The notes: generated from the sequence alone by a model not told the origin. 64,000 bases of DNA from Candidatus Latescibacterota bacterium (GCA_965205485.1 OZ242180.1:3968001-4032000), one strand, 5' to 3'; shown: positions 28,588 through 39,192, counted from the stretch's first letter. Numbers and translations are program-made.

Positions 28588-28996
28588 CCGGTCTCCTTTC
28601 TCCGACTAACGCAAACCTTGATTCGTAAGTCTTCGGTGACGTTAATTCGAAATTGTGCTTGTAAATAAAGGCGATTAGACGGCGGATAACCAGGAAACAC
28701 CAGGTCACCGGACGTGAAGGAAAAAACATCCTTCTATACGTCGATAACGCCCTGTTTCGGAAGGTTTTATCGCGTCGCCGCGTTGCTGTATTGTCGGATT
28801 GAGGCTCATCCCGGTGACTTTCGGGAACATGATTAGGGCATTGGGACACCGATGTCAACCGGATAAACAACGGTTGCCGCTGCCGACGGGAGAGGCGAAG
28901 GAATATCGTGCGGCAACCTGGCGAGTTCCTTATATTGTGCGAAACCCGGATGTTCACTCGCAAAAGGCCCGCGAAGGGGTTTATTGAGGAGAAAGC

Positions 28997-29995
28997 ATGC
29001 CAATTCGTCTAATTCACCTTGGTGTGGGGGGCAGGGGAAGGTGGCCGGTTCGTCGCGTGCTGGATCGGACGGACTTTGAGAGTGTGGCGCTCGTCGACGT
29101 AAACGAAGACAATCTGAGGTCGGCGCGGGAGGATTCGGGATTGCCTCAAGCCGCGTGTTACCGGTCTTTGGGCGAAGCGATCAAAGGCGTGGAGGCAGAT
29201 GCCGTCATTGTCATTACGCCCCCGCATATGCACGCCGATCAGTGCCTGCAGGCGGTTCGGGCGGGCAAACACGTTCTGGTGGAAAAGCCGTTTACCAAGA
29301 GCCTGGAGGAGGCGTGCCGGGTCGTGCGTGAAGCCGACGCGATGGGCGTCAGGGTGGCCGTCTGCCAGAACGCCAGGTACGCGCCCGCGCACGTCACGAT
29401 CAACCGTCTCGTAAGACAGGGCGTTTACGGACGGCCTGTGTTCGGACTGATGACCAAGTACGGCTGGAGACCCCGCGTCCACCATTCCGGGGAAGACGAA
29501 CACGCCTATCTATGGGAACGGGGCATTCACGATCTGGACACGCTTCGATATCTGTTCAACGCCGATCCCGTACGCGTATGGGGGCACAGCTTCAACCCGC
29601 CCTGGAGTCCTTACAAGGGTGGCGCGGGTGTTCACGCGTGGATCGAATTCGAGGGTGGGGCGACCTGCGGATATCTGTGTACGTTCGCCGCGCATAAGGG
29701 CGGATCGACTCTGAGGCTGGAACTCGAAGGCGGCGCACTGGAAGTGACCGACGCCGGTCTGGTCCTGCGCCCGCAAGGAAGGGACGAAGATGAAGTCATC
29801 GCTCCCGATCGGACCCCGCCGCCGGAAGAGGTCCTGCTGGACGGGTTTCAGCGGTACGTGACGGAAGGCGTACAACCGGGTTTCGGCGGACACCGAAATC
29901 TGCCGACCGTGGGAATGGTGGAGGGAATCGGGGCGGCGTCTGACGATGGGCGTGTCATCGATTTTCACACCTATATGGCGAATGCGGGCGCGTAG
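28997..29995 (+). CDS. Gfo/Idh/MocA-family oxidoreductase
   Basis: G.GGRG, TPPHMH, GKHVLVEKP, IHDLD. Confidence 0.9.
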   Translation: MPIRLIHLGVGGRGRWPVRRVLDRTDFESVALVDVNEDNLRSAREDSGLPQAACYRSLGEAIKGVEADAVIVITPPHMHADQCLQAVRAGKHVLVEKPFTKSLEEACRVVREADAMGVRVAVCQNARYAPAHVTINRLVRQGVYGRPVFGLMTKYGWRPRVHHSGEDEHAYLWERGIHDLDTLRYLFNADPVRVWGHSFNPPWSPYKGGAGVHAWIEFEGGATCGYLCTFAAHKGGSTLRLELEGGALEVTDAGLVLRPQGRDEDEVIAPDRTPPPEEVLLDGFQRYVTEGVQPGFGGHRNLPTVGMVEGIGAASDDGRVIDFHTYMANAGA

Positions 29996-30011
29996 AATGG
30001 AGGTAGGCGAC

Positions 30012-30665
30012 GTGGCTGAGTTGACATATCCCGACCTGGATACCTATCGGCGGGAGGTGTTCGCCCGGGAGGACGAACTGCTGAAAAGCGTAATGCCCGG
30101 CGCGGCCGCTCAAGGGCTTCCGCGCATATCCATCAGTCCGGAATCGGGCAAGACACTATACCTTCTGGCAAAGGCAGTCGGAGCGAAAAGAATTCTGGAA
30201 TTCGGTTCGCTCGCCGGCTACTCGGGGATATGGCTGGCGCGGGCATTGCCGGACGACGGGCGTTTTACATCCCTCGAGGTGGATCCGAAACACGCCGAAG
30301 TGTCGCGCGCTAATCTGGCTGCGGCAGGCCTCGCGGATCGGACTGATGTGCGGGTGGGAGCAGGCGCCGTGTTGATGCGGGATCTGGTGGACGAAGGGCC
30401 GTTCGACCTCGTCTTTATCGATGCCGACAAGGAAAACTACCCGGTGTATCTGGACTTCGCCCTCGCAAACACCAGGGTCGGCGGGCTGATCGTGGCGGAC
30501 AACGCAAATGGTCACGGTCATGCGCACGAAGCGCTGGACGAGGGAGACGGCCGGCGTGGAATTCAGGAATACAACAGACGCGTGGCGCAGCACCCGCGCC
30601 TGGTTTCGAACATCATACCGGTTGGAGGTTGGCTGGCGGTTTCACTGGTTGTTGAAACGGATTGA
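30012..30665 (+). CDS. SAM-dependent O-methyltransferase (CCoAOMT/family 3)
   Basis: ILEFGSLAGYS, FDLVFIDADK.NY, GGLIVADN; GGAGGT RBS. Confidence 0.92.
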   Translation: MAELTYPDLDTYRREVFAREDELLKSVMPGAAAQGLPRISISPESGKTLYLLAKAVGAKRILEFGSLAGYSGIWLARALPDDGRFTSLEVDPKHAEVSRANLAAAGLADRTDVRVGAGAVLMRDLVDEGPFDLVFIDADKENYPVYLDFALANTRVGGLIVADNANGHGHAHEALDEGDGRRGIQEYNRRVAQHPRLVSNIIPVGGWLAVSLVVETD

Positions 30666-30710
30666 ACCGCCGAACGGCAAAGCCGGGAAGGCGCCGGACG
30701 GGGAACGCAC

Positions 30711-32111
30711 ATGCGGATGAAGAAAAACCTCCTCGTGATTCTGTGCGATCAACTTCAGAGACAGACTCTGGGTGCTTACGGAGGGCGAATTCCCACGCCC
30801 CGTCTCGACGGGCTGGCCGAACGAAGCGCGGTATTCCAGGAGTTTTACTGTGCATCTCCATTGTGCGTGCCCACCCGCCCTTCCATGATGACCGGACGCT
30901 GGCCGCACGCCCACGGCGCGACGACGTTCGGCCCGGGGTACGAAACGTTGAACGCCGGCGAGCAACTGCTGATCGACGTACTGCTGGATAACGGGTATCA
31001 CGTCGGATACGAGGGTATCTGGCACGTCAACCGGCAGCCTGAGGACGACCGGTCCGGAGAATACGCCCACTTCGTGCCGCGCGGCTTCCCGTACAAGGAC
31101 CATCTCAGAATGCTGATCGCACAGGGCGGTAAAGACGGAGATCAGAGGGCCCCCATCTCCACCCCCACGGACGGTGGGGCAATGTACGATTGGGGAATAA
31201 GCATCCCCGTACCGGCGCGCTGGCTGGAGCCGGCCGATGCCCATCCCGATATGGAGATTGCAAGAAACGTAAGTGAATTCGTCCGCCGCGCACCGGTCGA
31301 TCGGCCGTTCGCGGCATGGTGTTCGCTGGGCGGTCCCCATCCCCCGATTCTGGTTCCTGAACCGTATTTCAGTATGTTCTCGCCCGGTGAGATGGCGCCT
31401 CCACCGAGCTTCGGCGAGGACATGGACGGTCTTCCGGGTCCTGTTCGGAACGCAGCCGGAGCGCAGTGCGTGCGAGGCTGGTCCTGGCAGCGCTGGGCGC
31501 TGGCGACGGCAACTTACTGGGGTTTCGTCGCGTTTCTGGACGTCTGCGTGGGCAGGGTCCTGAATGCACTGGAGGCTTCCGGCAGGGCGGACGACACGGT
31601 TGTTGTCTTCACCTGCGATCACGGTGAAATGCTCGGCGCTCACAACCTCTACCAGAAGGGCGTGCTCTACGCGGAATCCATCCAGTTGCCGGCAATGATC
31701 GCCTCAACAGGTATCGAACCCGGTGTTCGAGGCGGTTTCGGCTCACACGTCGATTTGCCGCCGACCATTCTTGACCTGCTGGATCTTCCGCCGATGGCGG
31801 GGGTACAGGGCAGAAGCCTGATGCCGGATCTGACGGGCGCCCGGAGCGGCGCCGGCGGGGCGGCGTTTGTCGAGTTCAACGGGTATAACCGGGGAGGGAT
31901 TCATACGAGGGGGGTGGTGACCGACACTTACAAATACATCTACCATCACCGCGATGCCGATCAACTCTTCGATCGCAAAGCGGATCCGAATGAGCTGCAA
32001 AACCTCGCGCAAGAGCCAGGTTTTCGCGGGGCCCGAGACGACCTGAGAGCGCAACTCGCCGGCTGGATGCGGGAAACCGGCGATTTTCTGCGTCCTGCCT
32101 GGCCGGCATGA
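30711..32111 (+). CDS. Cys-type (formylglycine-dependent) sulfatase
   Basis: DQ, SPLCVPTR..MMTGR, PHPP, DHGEMLG.H, KG. Confidence 0.92.
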   Translation: MRMKKNLLVILCDQLQRQTLGAYGGRIPTPRLDGLAERSAVFQEFYCASPLCVPTRPSMMTGRWPHAHGATTFGPGYETLNAGEQLLIDVLLDNGYHVGYEGIWHVNRQPEDDRSGEYAHFVPRGFPYKDHLRMLIAQGGKDGDQRAPISTPTDGGAMYDWGISIPVPARWLEPADAHPDMEIARNVSEFVRRAPVDRPFAAWCSLGGPHPPILVPEPYFSMFSPGEMAPPPSFGEDMDGLPGPVRNAAGAQCVRGWSWQRWALATATYWGFVAFLDVCVGRVLNALEASGRADDTVVVFTCDHGEMLGAHNLYQKGVLYAESIQLPAMIASTGIEPGVRGGFGSHVDLPPTILDLLDLPPMAGVQGRSLMPDLTGARSGAGGAAFVEFNGYNRGGIHTRGVVTDTYKYIYHHRDADQLFDRKADPNELQNLAQEPGFRGARDDLRAQLAGWMRETGDFLRPAWPA

Positions 32112-32129
32112 CGCAAGGGAGAAACCGGG

Positions 32130-33377
32130 ATGGCGAAGAATCGGACATTGCCTCCGGAGAGTCCCGTGCGAAGTCTGCACGCCGGGGCTTCCGTACTGGA
32201 CGATGAGGAGGTGCAGGAGGTTCTGGCGGTCATTAAGAGTCGATCGCTTTCAAGGGATTACGGTCCCGACCGACTGGACATGGTGGCGCGTTTTGAACAG
32301 GGCTTTGCCCGGAAGATGGATTCCGCCTACGCGCTTGCAGTGACTTCCGGAACGGCCGCAATCAAGGTCGCCCTGGTTGCCGCGGGGGTCGGCCCGGGCG
32401 ACGAGGTGATCATGCCGCCGGTCACGTTTGTGGCCACGCCGGGGGCCGTCGTCCTGCTCGGAGGCGTGCCGATCTTTTCCGAAGTCGATGGTTCGATGAC
32501 GATGGACCCGGATGATATCGAAGCCAGAATCACGCCCCGGACGAAGGCCATACTGCCGGTACACCTGTGGGGGACGCCCTGCAGGATGGATGGCATTATG
32601 GAGGTCGCCGCGAAGCATGGACTGAATGTGGTCGAAGACTGCTCCCAGAGCGCCGGCGCTTCGTACAATGGCAGAGCCATCGGGACGTGGGGCGATCTGG
32701 GTGCGTTCAGCCTGCAGTTCGGCAAGATTATCACGTCCGGTGAGGGCGGTGTGGTGTTGTCCGACAATGCGGAACTCTACGAACGCGCCGTACGCTACCA
32801 CGACCAGGGGCTTTTTCGGGAAAAGACCCGGTTTCCGGGCTTCGAGCCGTCCCTGGAACCCTTCGTGGGCGAGAATTACCGCATGCCCGAGATGTCCGGG
32901 GCGGTCGCGCTCACGCAACTTCAGAAGATGGATGACGTCGTCGAGTCGCTGCGTGGCAAGTTCCGGCGATTCAAGGATGGCATCGCCGGCGCGCCCGGTG
33001 TGAAAATCAGGCCGACGAACGACGAAGACGGCCACCTCGGGGTACACTGGGATCTCATCTTCGAGGATCGAGACACCTGCTCACGGTTTGCAAAGGCGAT
33101 GCGCGCTCGAGGGTTTTCGGCCGGTTTGGGATACGGCGGAAAGCCGGTCTATATGGGGCCGCCCATCCGGAACCAGGCCACGGCTTCGCCCCACTCGAAT
33201 CCCTGGAATTCTCCGGTGTACGACGGCGATGTCTCGTACGGCCCCGGACTGTGCCCCCGCACCGAAGACCTGCTTCAGCGGGTACTCCTGCTGGCCACCG
33301 TCAATCCGTGGTTTCCCAACGAAAGAATCGACGCCCTCGCCGCGGCGGTTCGTGACTCCGCAGTGGAGGTATTCTGA
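32130..33377 (+). CDS. DegT/DnrJ/EryC1/StrS PLP-dependent aminotransferase
   Basis: SGTAA, GDEVI, PVHLWG, VEDCSQ, FSLQFGKIITSGEGG, GENYRM. Confidence 0.93.
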   Translation: MAKNRTLPPESPVRSLHAGASVLDDEEVQEVLAVIKSRSLSRDYGPDRLDMVARFEQGFARKMDSAYALAVTSGTAAIKVALVAAGVGPGDEVIMPPVTFVATPGAVVLLGGVPIFSEVDGSMTMDPDDIEARITPRTKAILPVHLWGTPCRMDGIMEVAAKHGLNVVEDCSQSAGASYNGRAIGTWGDLGAFSLQFGKIITSGEGGVVLSDNAELYERAVRYHDQGLFREKTRFPGFEPSLEPFVGENYRMPEMSGAVALTQLQKMDDVVESLRGKFRRFKDGIAGAPGVKIRPTNDEDGHLGVHWDLIFEDRDTCSRFAKAMRARGFSAGLGYGGKPVYMGPPIRNQATASPHSNPWNSPVYDGDVSYGPGLCPRTEDLLQRVLLLATVNPWFPNERIDALAAAVRDSAVEVF

Positions 33378-33421
33378 ATGGGCCGGCAGGCGATCTCACA
33401 TTGCGGACCCGGGGTAGCGAC

Positions 33422-34366
33422 ATGAAAATCCTGCTGCGCGTGGCGTTGACGGATCGCCACAGGGAAGAGATTGCGTCTGCGGTCGAAGGCGTGCAATTGC
33501 TGATGCCGGAGTCCGAAGCCGAATTGCTGGAAATCATGCCGCAGGTGGATGTGGTTTTTGGCGGCCTGAGCGCGGAGATGTTCCGGCGGGGAGAGCGCTT
33601 GCGTTGGGTACAGACCTGGGGCGCCGGCGTTGACGGGCAGTTGTTCAAGTCGTTTGTTGACAGTAACGTCGTATTGACAAGCGGTCGAGGAACCGTCGGC
33701 GTGCATCTGGCCGAACACGCCATGGCACTGTTGCTGGGACTCACACGGGGTATCGCATGGGCCGTACGGAAGCCCGGGTGGGACCAGCGTATGCCGATCC
33801 GGAACGCGAGCTGGGAACTTGTTGGACTGACGATGGGAATCGTGGGTCTGGGAGGGACGGGCCGGGAACTCGCTAAAAGAGCCGGCGCGTTCGGCATGCG
33901 GGTCGTCGCGGTGGACCCGGAAGACGTGGATGTGCCCGTCTGCGTGGCGTCCTGCTGGAAGATGGACCGGTTTCACGACCTTCTGGCGTTGTCCGACGTG
34001 GTGTCCGTATGCGCGCCACTGACGCCCGATACACGGGGACTGTTCGACGAACGCGCCTTCCGCTCCATGAATTCCGGCGCGCTGCTGATCAATGTCACGC
34101 GAGGCGGAATCATGGACGAAGACGCGCTGGTCGACGCGCTGGCGCGAGGACGGATCGCCGGGGCGGGACTGGACGTCGTACCGGTTGAGCCGCTCCCGCC
34201 GGACCATCCATTGTGGAAAATGGAAAACGTCCTGATCACCCCGCACACGGCCGGAGGGTCGCCGAACAGGCAGGACCGCATTGTGAACCTGTTCTGCGAA
34301 AACCTGAAGCGGCTGGAGGCCGGTCAGCCGCTGTTGAGCGTGATCGACAAGAAAAAGGGATATTGA
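33422..34366 (+). CDS. D-2-hydroxyacid dehydrogenase
   Basis: GAGVD, AEH, GIVGLGGTG, PLTPDT, INVTRG, AGLDV..EPLP, TPHTAG. Confidence 0.93.
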   Translation: MKILLRVALTDRHREEIASAVEGVQLLMPESEAELLEIMPQVDVVFGGLSAEMFRRGERLRWVQTWGAGVDGQLFKSFVDSNVVLTSGRGTVGVHLAEHAMALLLGLTRGIAWAVRKPGWDQRMPIRNASWELVGLTMGIVGLGGTGRELAKRAGAFGMRVVAVDPEDVDVPVCVASCWKMDRFHDLLALSDVVSVCAPLTPDTRGLFDERAFRSMNSGALLINVTRGGIMDEDALVDALARGRIAGAGLDVVPVEPLPPDHPLWKMENVLITPHTAGGSPNRQDRIVNLFCENLKRLEAGQPLLSVIDKKKGY

Positions 34367-34369
34367 ACG

Positions 34370-35437
34370 GTGCGGGCCTTTTTTTTCTGGGAAGCCGCGG
34401 CCGGAGGCCTGGGGCTGCAGGACAGGTGCAATCCCTACGGGCCCCTGCTTGCTCGCGCCCTGGCACGGCTCGGCATCCACCTCGAGCTTGGCGATTACGC
34501 GTTCAGGCGGGACTGGCTTCAAGACGCGCGATGCGACTACGACGTATTGCACCTGAACTGGCTTCACTGGTTCTACCGGGACGACACCCTTGAGAAATCG
34601 GTTTCCCGGCTCAACTGCTTCGCAGACAATCTGCACTATGCCAGGGAGTTGGGGTACCGGATTGTCTGGACGTTGCACAACAGGTACCCGCACGAACGAC
34701 CGTTCCCGGACCTGGATCATATGGCGCGGTTGATCGTTGGGAGTCTGGCCGACGGCGTGATTGCGCACTGCAACTACGGCGCCGGACTTGCCCGCAGACT
34801 TTTCTATCGTACCGATCGGGTACATGTCATTCCGCACGGCCACTACATCGACATCTTCCCCAACGAGATCTCCGGAGACGCGGCACGGCGCAGGCTGCAG
34901 TTGCCGGCGAACGCGTTTGTCTATCTGTTCTTTGGAAATGCCAGGGTATACAAGGGCATCGAAGAGCTGATCCGTACCTATCGTGAATGTGCGGCCCCCG
35001 ACACGCGGCTGGCTATAATGACCCGAAGGGCTTTCGATGGAAGTCACGCCGACCGGGTTATTGCGCTGGCGGAAGAGGACGAACGCATTCGCGTGTTCAC
35101 GCACGCCTTTTTCCCTAATGAGGATTTTCAGATCTATCTGAATGCCGCGGACGTCGTCGTGCTGCCGTTCTCACAGGTTCTGACATCCGGATCCGCAATC
35201 GCCGCACTTTCGTTCGGGAAACCGGTTATCCTGCCGGCGATGGGATGTCTTCCGGAACTGGTCGATGACTCGATGGGCATATTGTACGACCCGAAGGACA
35301 GCGGGGCGCTGTCAAACGCGCTGCTCGACATCAGACGGCGCGACCTCGATGCGGCGGGCCGCGCCGCGATGGAGCGTGCCAGGTCGCTCGACTGGCGCGG
35401 GATCGCGGCGCGGGTCGCCGAAGTCTATCGGTCATAG
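34370..35437 (+). CDS. GT4-family glycosyltransferase
   Basis: NPY, LHLNW, WTLHN, IPHG, FFG.ARVYKG, SGS..AALSFGKPVI. Confidence 0.88.
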   Translation: MRAFFFWEAAAGGLGLQDRCNPYGPLLARALARLGIHLELGDYAFRRDWLQDARCDYDVLHLNWLHWFYRDDTLEKSVSRLNCFADNLHYARELGYRIVWTLHNRYPHERPFPDLDHMARLIVGSLADGVIAHCNYGAGLARRLFYRTDRVHVIPHGHYIDIFPNEISGDAARRRLQLPANAFVYLFFGNARVYKGIEELIRTYRECAAPDTRLAIMTRRAFDGSHADRVIALAEEDERIRVFTHAFFPNEDFQIYLNAADVVVLPFSQVLTSGSAIAALSFGKPVILPAMGCLPELVDDSMGILYDPKDSGALSNALLDIRRRDLDAAGRAAMERARSLDWRGIAARVAEVYRS

Positions 35438-35446
35438 GCAGGCGTA

Positions 35447-36544
35447 ATGATCATTACCGGCGTCGATCTGACCGCCGTCAGCGTGAATCACCGCGGAGAC
35501 TGGGTTTTTGTCTACGTCAATACCGACGAGGGCCTGCGCGGCCTCGGGGAATTGCGCGCGGGAAGGAACTACGCCGGCCGGATACGGGCTACGAAGGCTC
35601 TCGCCGAATGGCTGCCGGGCCGGGATCCCCGCCGGATTCGGGATTTCCTGAACCGGTTTACGCGAACCGGCTGCGACAGAGATACCTTCGGCGCCGTCAG
35701 CGCACTGGAACAGGCGCTTTGGGATATTCTCGGAAAGTCGCTCGACGTTCCCGTCTACACACTTCTGGGAGGACCCGTCCGCGACGACGTCCGTCTCTAT
35801 GCCAACATCAACAGGGCATCGGAGGATCGCAGCCCCGAAAACTTCGCGTCCCTGGCCGCCCGGGCGGTCGGAGAGGGATTCGATGCGGTCAAGCTGGCGC
35901 CCTTTGACGAGATGCATCGCAATATAGACTCGGCTGCGGATGCCGTGCCGGGCATCGCCAGGGTACAGGCGGTCCGTCGGGCGGTCGGATCGGATGTGGA
36001 TCTGCTGGTTGACTGCCACAGCCGCTTTACCGTCAGGGGCGCCCTGGAAACCGCCGCGGCGCTTCGTGAACTTGATGTCTATTGGTTCGAGCAGCCTGTC
36101 TCCGAAGCTCAACTGAACGCCGTCGTTGAGGTGAACCGGCGTTGCGGGCTGCAAACGGCCGGCGGCGAAGGGCGAGTGACGGGAAGCGAGTTCCGGGAGG
36201 TGCTGGAGAATGCGGCGATGGACGTGATCATGCCGGACGTGACGGTTGTGGGCGGTATCGCGAATCTGAAGTCGATCGCTGAGATGGCGGAGACGTTCGG
36301 CGTTCCCACGGCGCCGCACGGTCCGTTCGGGCCGGTTGCCGTAAGCGCCGGTATGCACGTCATGGTCACCCACCCCGGCTTCATGATTCTGGAATATGGA
36401 TGGGGCGAGATCCCGTGGCGAAGGGAGTTGACCCTTTCGTCGGAAGAAATCGTCAACGGCCGCATCCGGCCCGGCCGGCGACCCGGTCTCGGGGTGGAAC
36501 TGAACCCTGACGTGCTGAAAGCGCACGCCGTGACGTTGAATTGA
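35447..36544 (+). CDS. Galactonate dehydratase-like enolase-superfamily enzyme
   Basis: ALWDILGK.LDVPVY.LLGG, YANIN, KLAPF, DCH, WFEQP, GGE, APH. Confidence 0.88.
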   Translation: MIITGVDLTAVSVNHRGDWVFVYVNTDEGLRGLGELRAGRNYAGRIRATKALAEWLPGRDPRRIRDFLNRFTRTGCDRDTFGAVSALEQALWDILGKSLDVPVYTLLGGPVRDDVRLYANINRASEDRSPENFASLAARAVGEGFDAVKLAPFDEMHRNIDSAADAVPGIARVQAVRRAVGSDVDLLVDCHSRFTVRGALETAAALRELDVYWFEQPVSEAQLNAVVEVNRRCGLQTAGGEGRVTGSEFREVLENAAMDVIMPDVTVVGGIANLKSIAEMAETFGVPTAPHGPFGPVAVSAGMHVMVTHPGFMILEYGWGEIPWRRELTLSSEEIVNGRIRPGRRPGLGVELNPDVLKAHAVTLN

Positions 36545-36559
36545 TCAGTGGAGGAACGC

Positions 36560-37426
36560 ATGTTCAAGTCTCTGGCGCCGGGCGCCGTTGGTGTCAAAGC
36601 GACGCTGGCGGAAGGGCTTGAATTCGCGCGGGCCGCGGGATTTCAGGGTCTGGACGTACACATTCGAGAGGTAGCGCATTGTGTGCGAGAGAAAGGCGCT
36701 GGCCACGTCACGGGGATGTTCCGCGATGCGGGTTTGAAGATCGGCGCATGGGGATTGCCGGTCTCCTGGAACGGTCCCCTCGAGGACTATGAGCGGGATC
36801 TGCGCGCCTTGTCCGGGTTGGCCGCCGCCGCCGCGTCCGTGGGCGCTTTCAGGGTCTCGCAGTGGATTGCTCCGGCTTCCGACGAACGGCCCTTCCGAGA
36901 GCAGTTCCGATGGTGCCTGGACCGTTTGCGCCCGGTTTGCGAGGTGTTGAAGGCCCACGGCTGCAGCCTCGGGCTGGAATTCATCGGGCCGAAGACGCAG
37001 CGTCTCGACAGACGGTACGGTTTTATACATTCCATGGGCGGGATGCTCGGATTCTGCGAGGCTCTGGGGACCGGCAACGCGGGTCTGTTGCTGGACTGCT
37101 GGCACTGGTATACCTCGCTGGGAACGCTCGCGGATATCAGGGCGCTCGCGTCGCGCGACGTCATCCACGTCCATGTTAATGACGCGCCTCCGGGAGTGGG
37201 CGTGGAAGAACAGATCGATAACGTACGCGCGCTGCCCTCGGAGACCGGCGTGATCGACCTGGCAGGGTTCCTGAGCGCGTTGAACGAGATTGGGTACGCC
37301 GGGCCAGTAACGCCGGAGCCCTTCAGCCGGACGGTCCGGGGGCTTCCGGCCGGCGAAGCCGTACGCGTGACCCATCGTGGACTGGACGAAGCATGGCGTG
37401 CGGCGGGATTGAGTTCACGCGACTGA
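36560..37426 (+). CDS. Sugar phosphate isomerase/epimerase (TIM barrel)
   Basis: LGLEF, LLLDCWHWY, HVND, R.LP..G.ID, GY.GPVTPEPF. Confidence 0.88.
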   Translation: MFKSLAPGAVGVKATLAEGLEFARAAGFQGLDVHIREVAHCVREKGAGHVTGMFRDAGLKIGAWGLPVSWNGPLEDYERDLRALSGLAAAAASVGAFRVSQWIAPASDERPFREQFRWCLDRLRPVCEVLKAHGCSLGLEFIGPKTQRLDRRYGFIHSMGGMLGFCEALGTGNAGLLLDCWHWYTSLGTLADIRALASRDVIHVHVNDAPPGVGVEEQIDNVRALPSETGVIDLAGFLSALNEIGYAGPVTPEPFSRTVRGLPAGEAVRVTHRGLDEAWRAAGLSSRD

Positions 37427-37495
37427 CCCGCCGGCGTTGTGATGGGGCCCGGCCGGCGAAGAGCATGAGATCACGACAAGACACTGGGGAATCCC

Positions 37496-38071
37496 ATGGA
37501 GTCCATCGAAACCTTCGCCGCGAGATACATCCGTGAAAGCGAAAGGCTCCTGGCCTCGTTGAATCCCGCGGACATCGCGTCCGTCATAGCGCTTATGCGG
37601 AAAGCCAGGGATTCCGGAAGGCGGATTTTCGCCATAGGAAACGGAGGTAGCGCCAGTACGGCCTCTCACTTCGTGAACGATTTGGGAAAGGGGGCGTCGC
37701 TGGGCAGGGAGATCCGCTTCAAGGTGATTCCGCTGACCGACAACGTCGAGTGGATGACGGCATTGAGCAACGACCTGAGTTACGAGGACGTGTTTGTCGA
37801 GCAGCTGAAAAACTTCGCGGAACGTGGGGACGTATTGCTGGCTATCAGCGGGAGCGGGAATTCAGAAAACGTCCTGCGGGCCGTGCGCTTTGCAAATGGG
37901 AGGGGCTGCCATACGGTCGGTTTTGCCGGATTCGGCGGCGGAAAGCTGAAGGATCTGGTGCGTCGCTGCATCGTGGTGGATTCGGACCACATGGGGAGGG
38001 TTGAGGACATCCACCTGGTTCTGCAGCACATCGTCTGTTACTATTTTATGGATGCGGAACGGTCGAGATGA
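37496..38071 (+). CDS. gmhA: SIS-domain protein, phosphoheptose isomerase-like
   Basis: GNGGSAS.ASH, ND, ISGSGNSENV, GGKL, EDIH. Confidence 0.8.
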   Translation: MESIETFAARYIRESERLLASLNPADIASVIALMRKARDSGRRIFAIGNGGSASTASHFVNDLGKGASLGREIRFKVIPLTDNVEWMTALSNDLSYEDVFVEQLKNFAERGDVLLAISGSGNSENVLRAVRFANGRGCHTVGFAGFGGGKLKDLVRRCIVVDSDHMGRVEDIHLVLQHIVCYYFMDAERSR

Positions 38072-39126
38072 GCTCGACCCGCTCGGCCATGATCGCTGTT
38101 CTTCCCCTGATGTGCGGATTGAACCTGGAACTTGGATATTATTGGCACCTTGTTCGCGGCCAGGCGCGATTGCTCTGGAACCGGCGGCCCGTCTCGAATA
38201 TGCTTGCGAACCGGCGCCTGGATCCGGGGGTCCGGGAACGGCTCGAATTCATCCAGGAGGTGCGACGGTTCGCGGAATTTCGGATCGGACTTTCCCAATC
38301 CCGCAATTACACTTCGTACATCGATATCGGTGAAGGACCGGTTTCGTGGCAGCTGACCGCGTCGCCACGGGACCGGATCGAGCCCGTTCAATGGACGTAC
38401 CCGGTAGTGGGACGGTTTCCCTACCGGGGTTATTTTGATCTGGACCGGGCGAAGAGGGATCGGTATCGACTGGAAGCGCAGGATTTCGATACGTTATTGC
38501 GCCCCGTCGGCGCTTACAGCACGCTGGGCTGGTTTGAGGATCCAATCCTGAGTACGATGCTGCGCTATCGTGAAGGCGACCTGGCCGAACTCGTCATCCA
38601 CGAGTTGGCGCACGCGACGGTATGGATTCCGGGCCGGGTCTCCTTCAATGAGAGCCTGGCGACCTTTGTGGGAGAGGCCGGCGCCTTGCTGTTCATGCGG
38701 GAGCGTCACGGACCGGAGGCAGCGGTCGTGACGGACATGCTGGACAGACGGTCCGACGAACGGACGTTCAAGCGATTCATGCGCGACGTCGCGGAAGAGC
38801 TCCAGGCGCTTTACGGGTCGGAACGCTCGTACGGTGAGAAGCTGAAGGAGCGAGAGATCATCTTCGAACGGGCGAAGCGCCGCTTTCACCGGCTGGATCT
38901 GAAGACCGGCGCGTATTCCCGCTTTCCCCGGCGGCGATTGAACAACGCCGTGATGATGGCCTATCGAACCTACCACGAAAAGGTCGACGTCTTCGAAAAC
39001 GTGTACCGGGCGGTCGGCGGGGATCTCGAGGCAGCCGTCCGGATCTTCAGGGAATGCGAGTCTCAGACGGACCCCTCACGATATCTGGAAGATTGGCTGC
39101 AGAAAAACATCGGACGGCAACGGTAA
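38068..39126 (+). CDS. Putative zinc aminopeptidase (DUF2265-like)
   Basis: W.YPVVG..PYRGYF, AYSTLGWF.DP, HELAH, FNESLA, LNNA. Confidence 0.85.
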   Translation: MSSTRSAMIAVLPLMCGLNLELGYYWHLVRGQARLLWNRRPVSNMLANRRLDPGVRERLEFIQEVRRFAEFRIGLSQSRNYTSYIDIGEGPVSWQLTASPRDRIEPVQWTYPVVGRFPYRGYFDLDRAKRDRYRLEAQDFDTLLRPVGAYSTLGWFEDPILSTMLRYREGDLAELVIHELAHATVWIPGRVSFNESLATFVGEAGALLFMRERHGPEAAVVTDMLDRRSDERTFKRFMRDVAEELQALYGSERSYGEKLKEREIIFERAKRRFHRLDLKTGAYSRFPRRRLNNAVMMAYRTYHEKVDVFENVYRAVGGDLEAAVRIFRECESQTDPSRYLEDWLQKNIGRQR

Positions 39127-39192
39127 GCCGCCTGCTTCCGTCCCGCGGATCGAACCTGGGGATTCGTCATTTGCGCACGGATCGCGTACGAA

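Noticed and set aside
33275..35104. Long antisense ORFs (609 aa here; also 53152-54636, 55164-56492, 43828-45042, 39993-41165)
   Set aside because: Mirror well-supported plus-strand genes, as expected in high-GC DNA; no motifs
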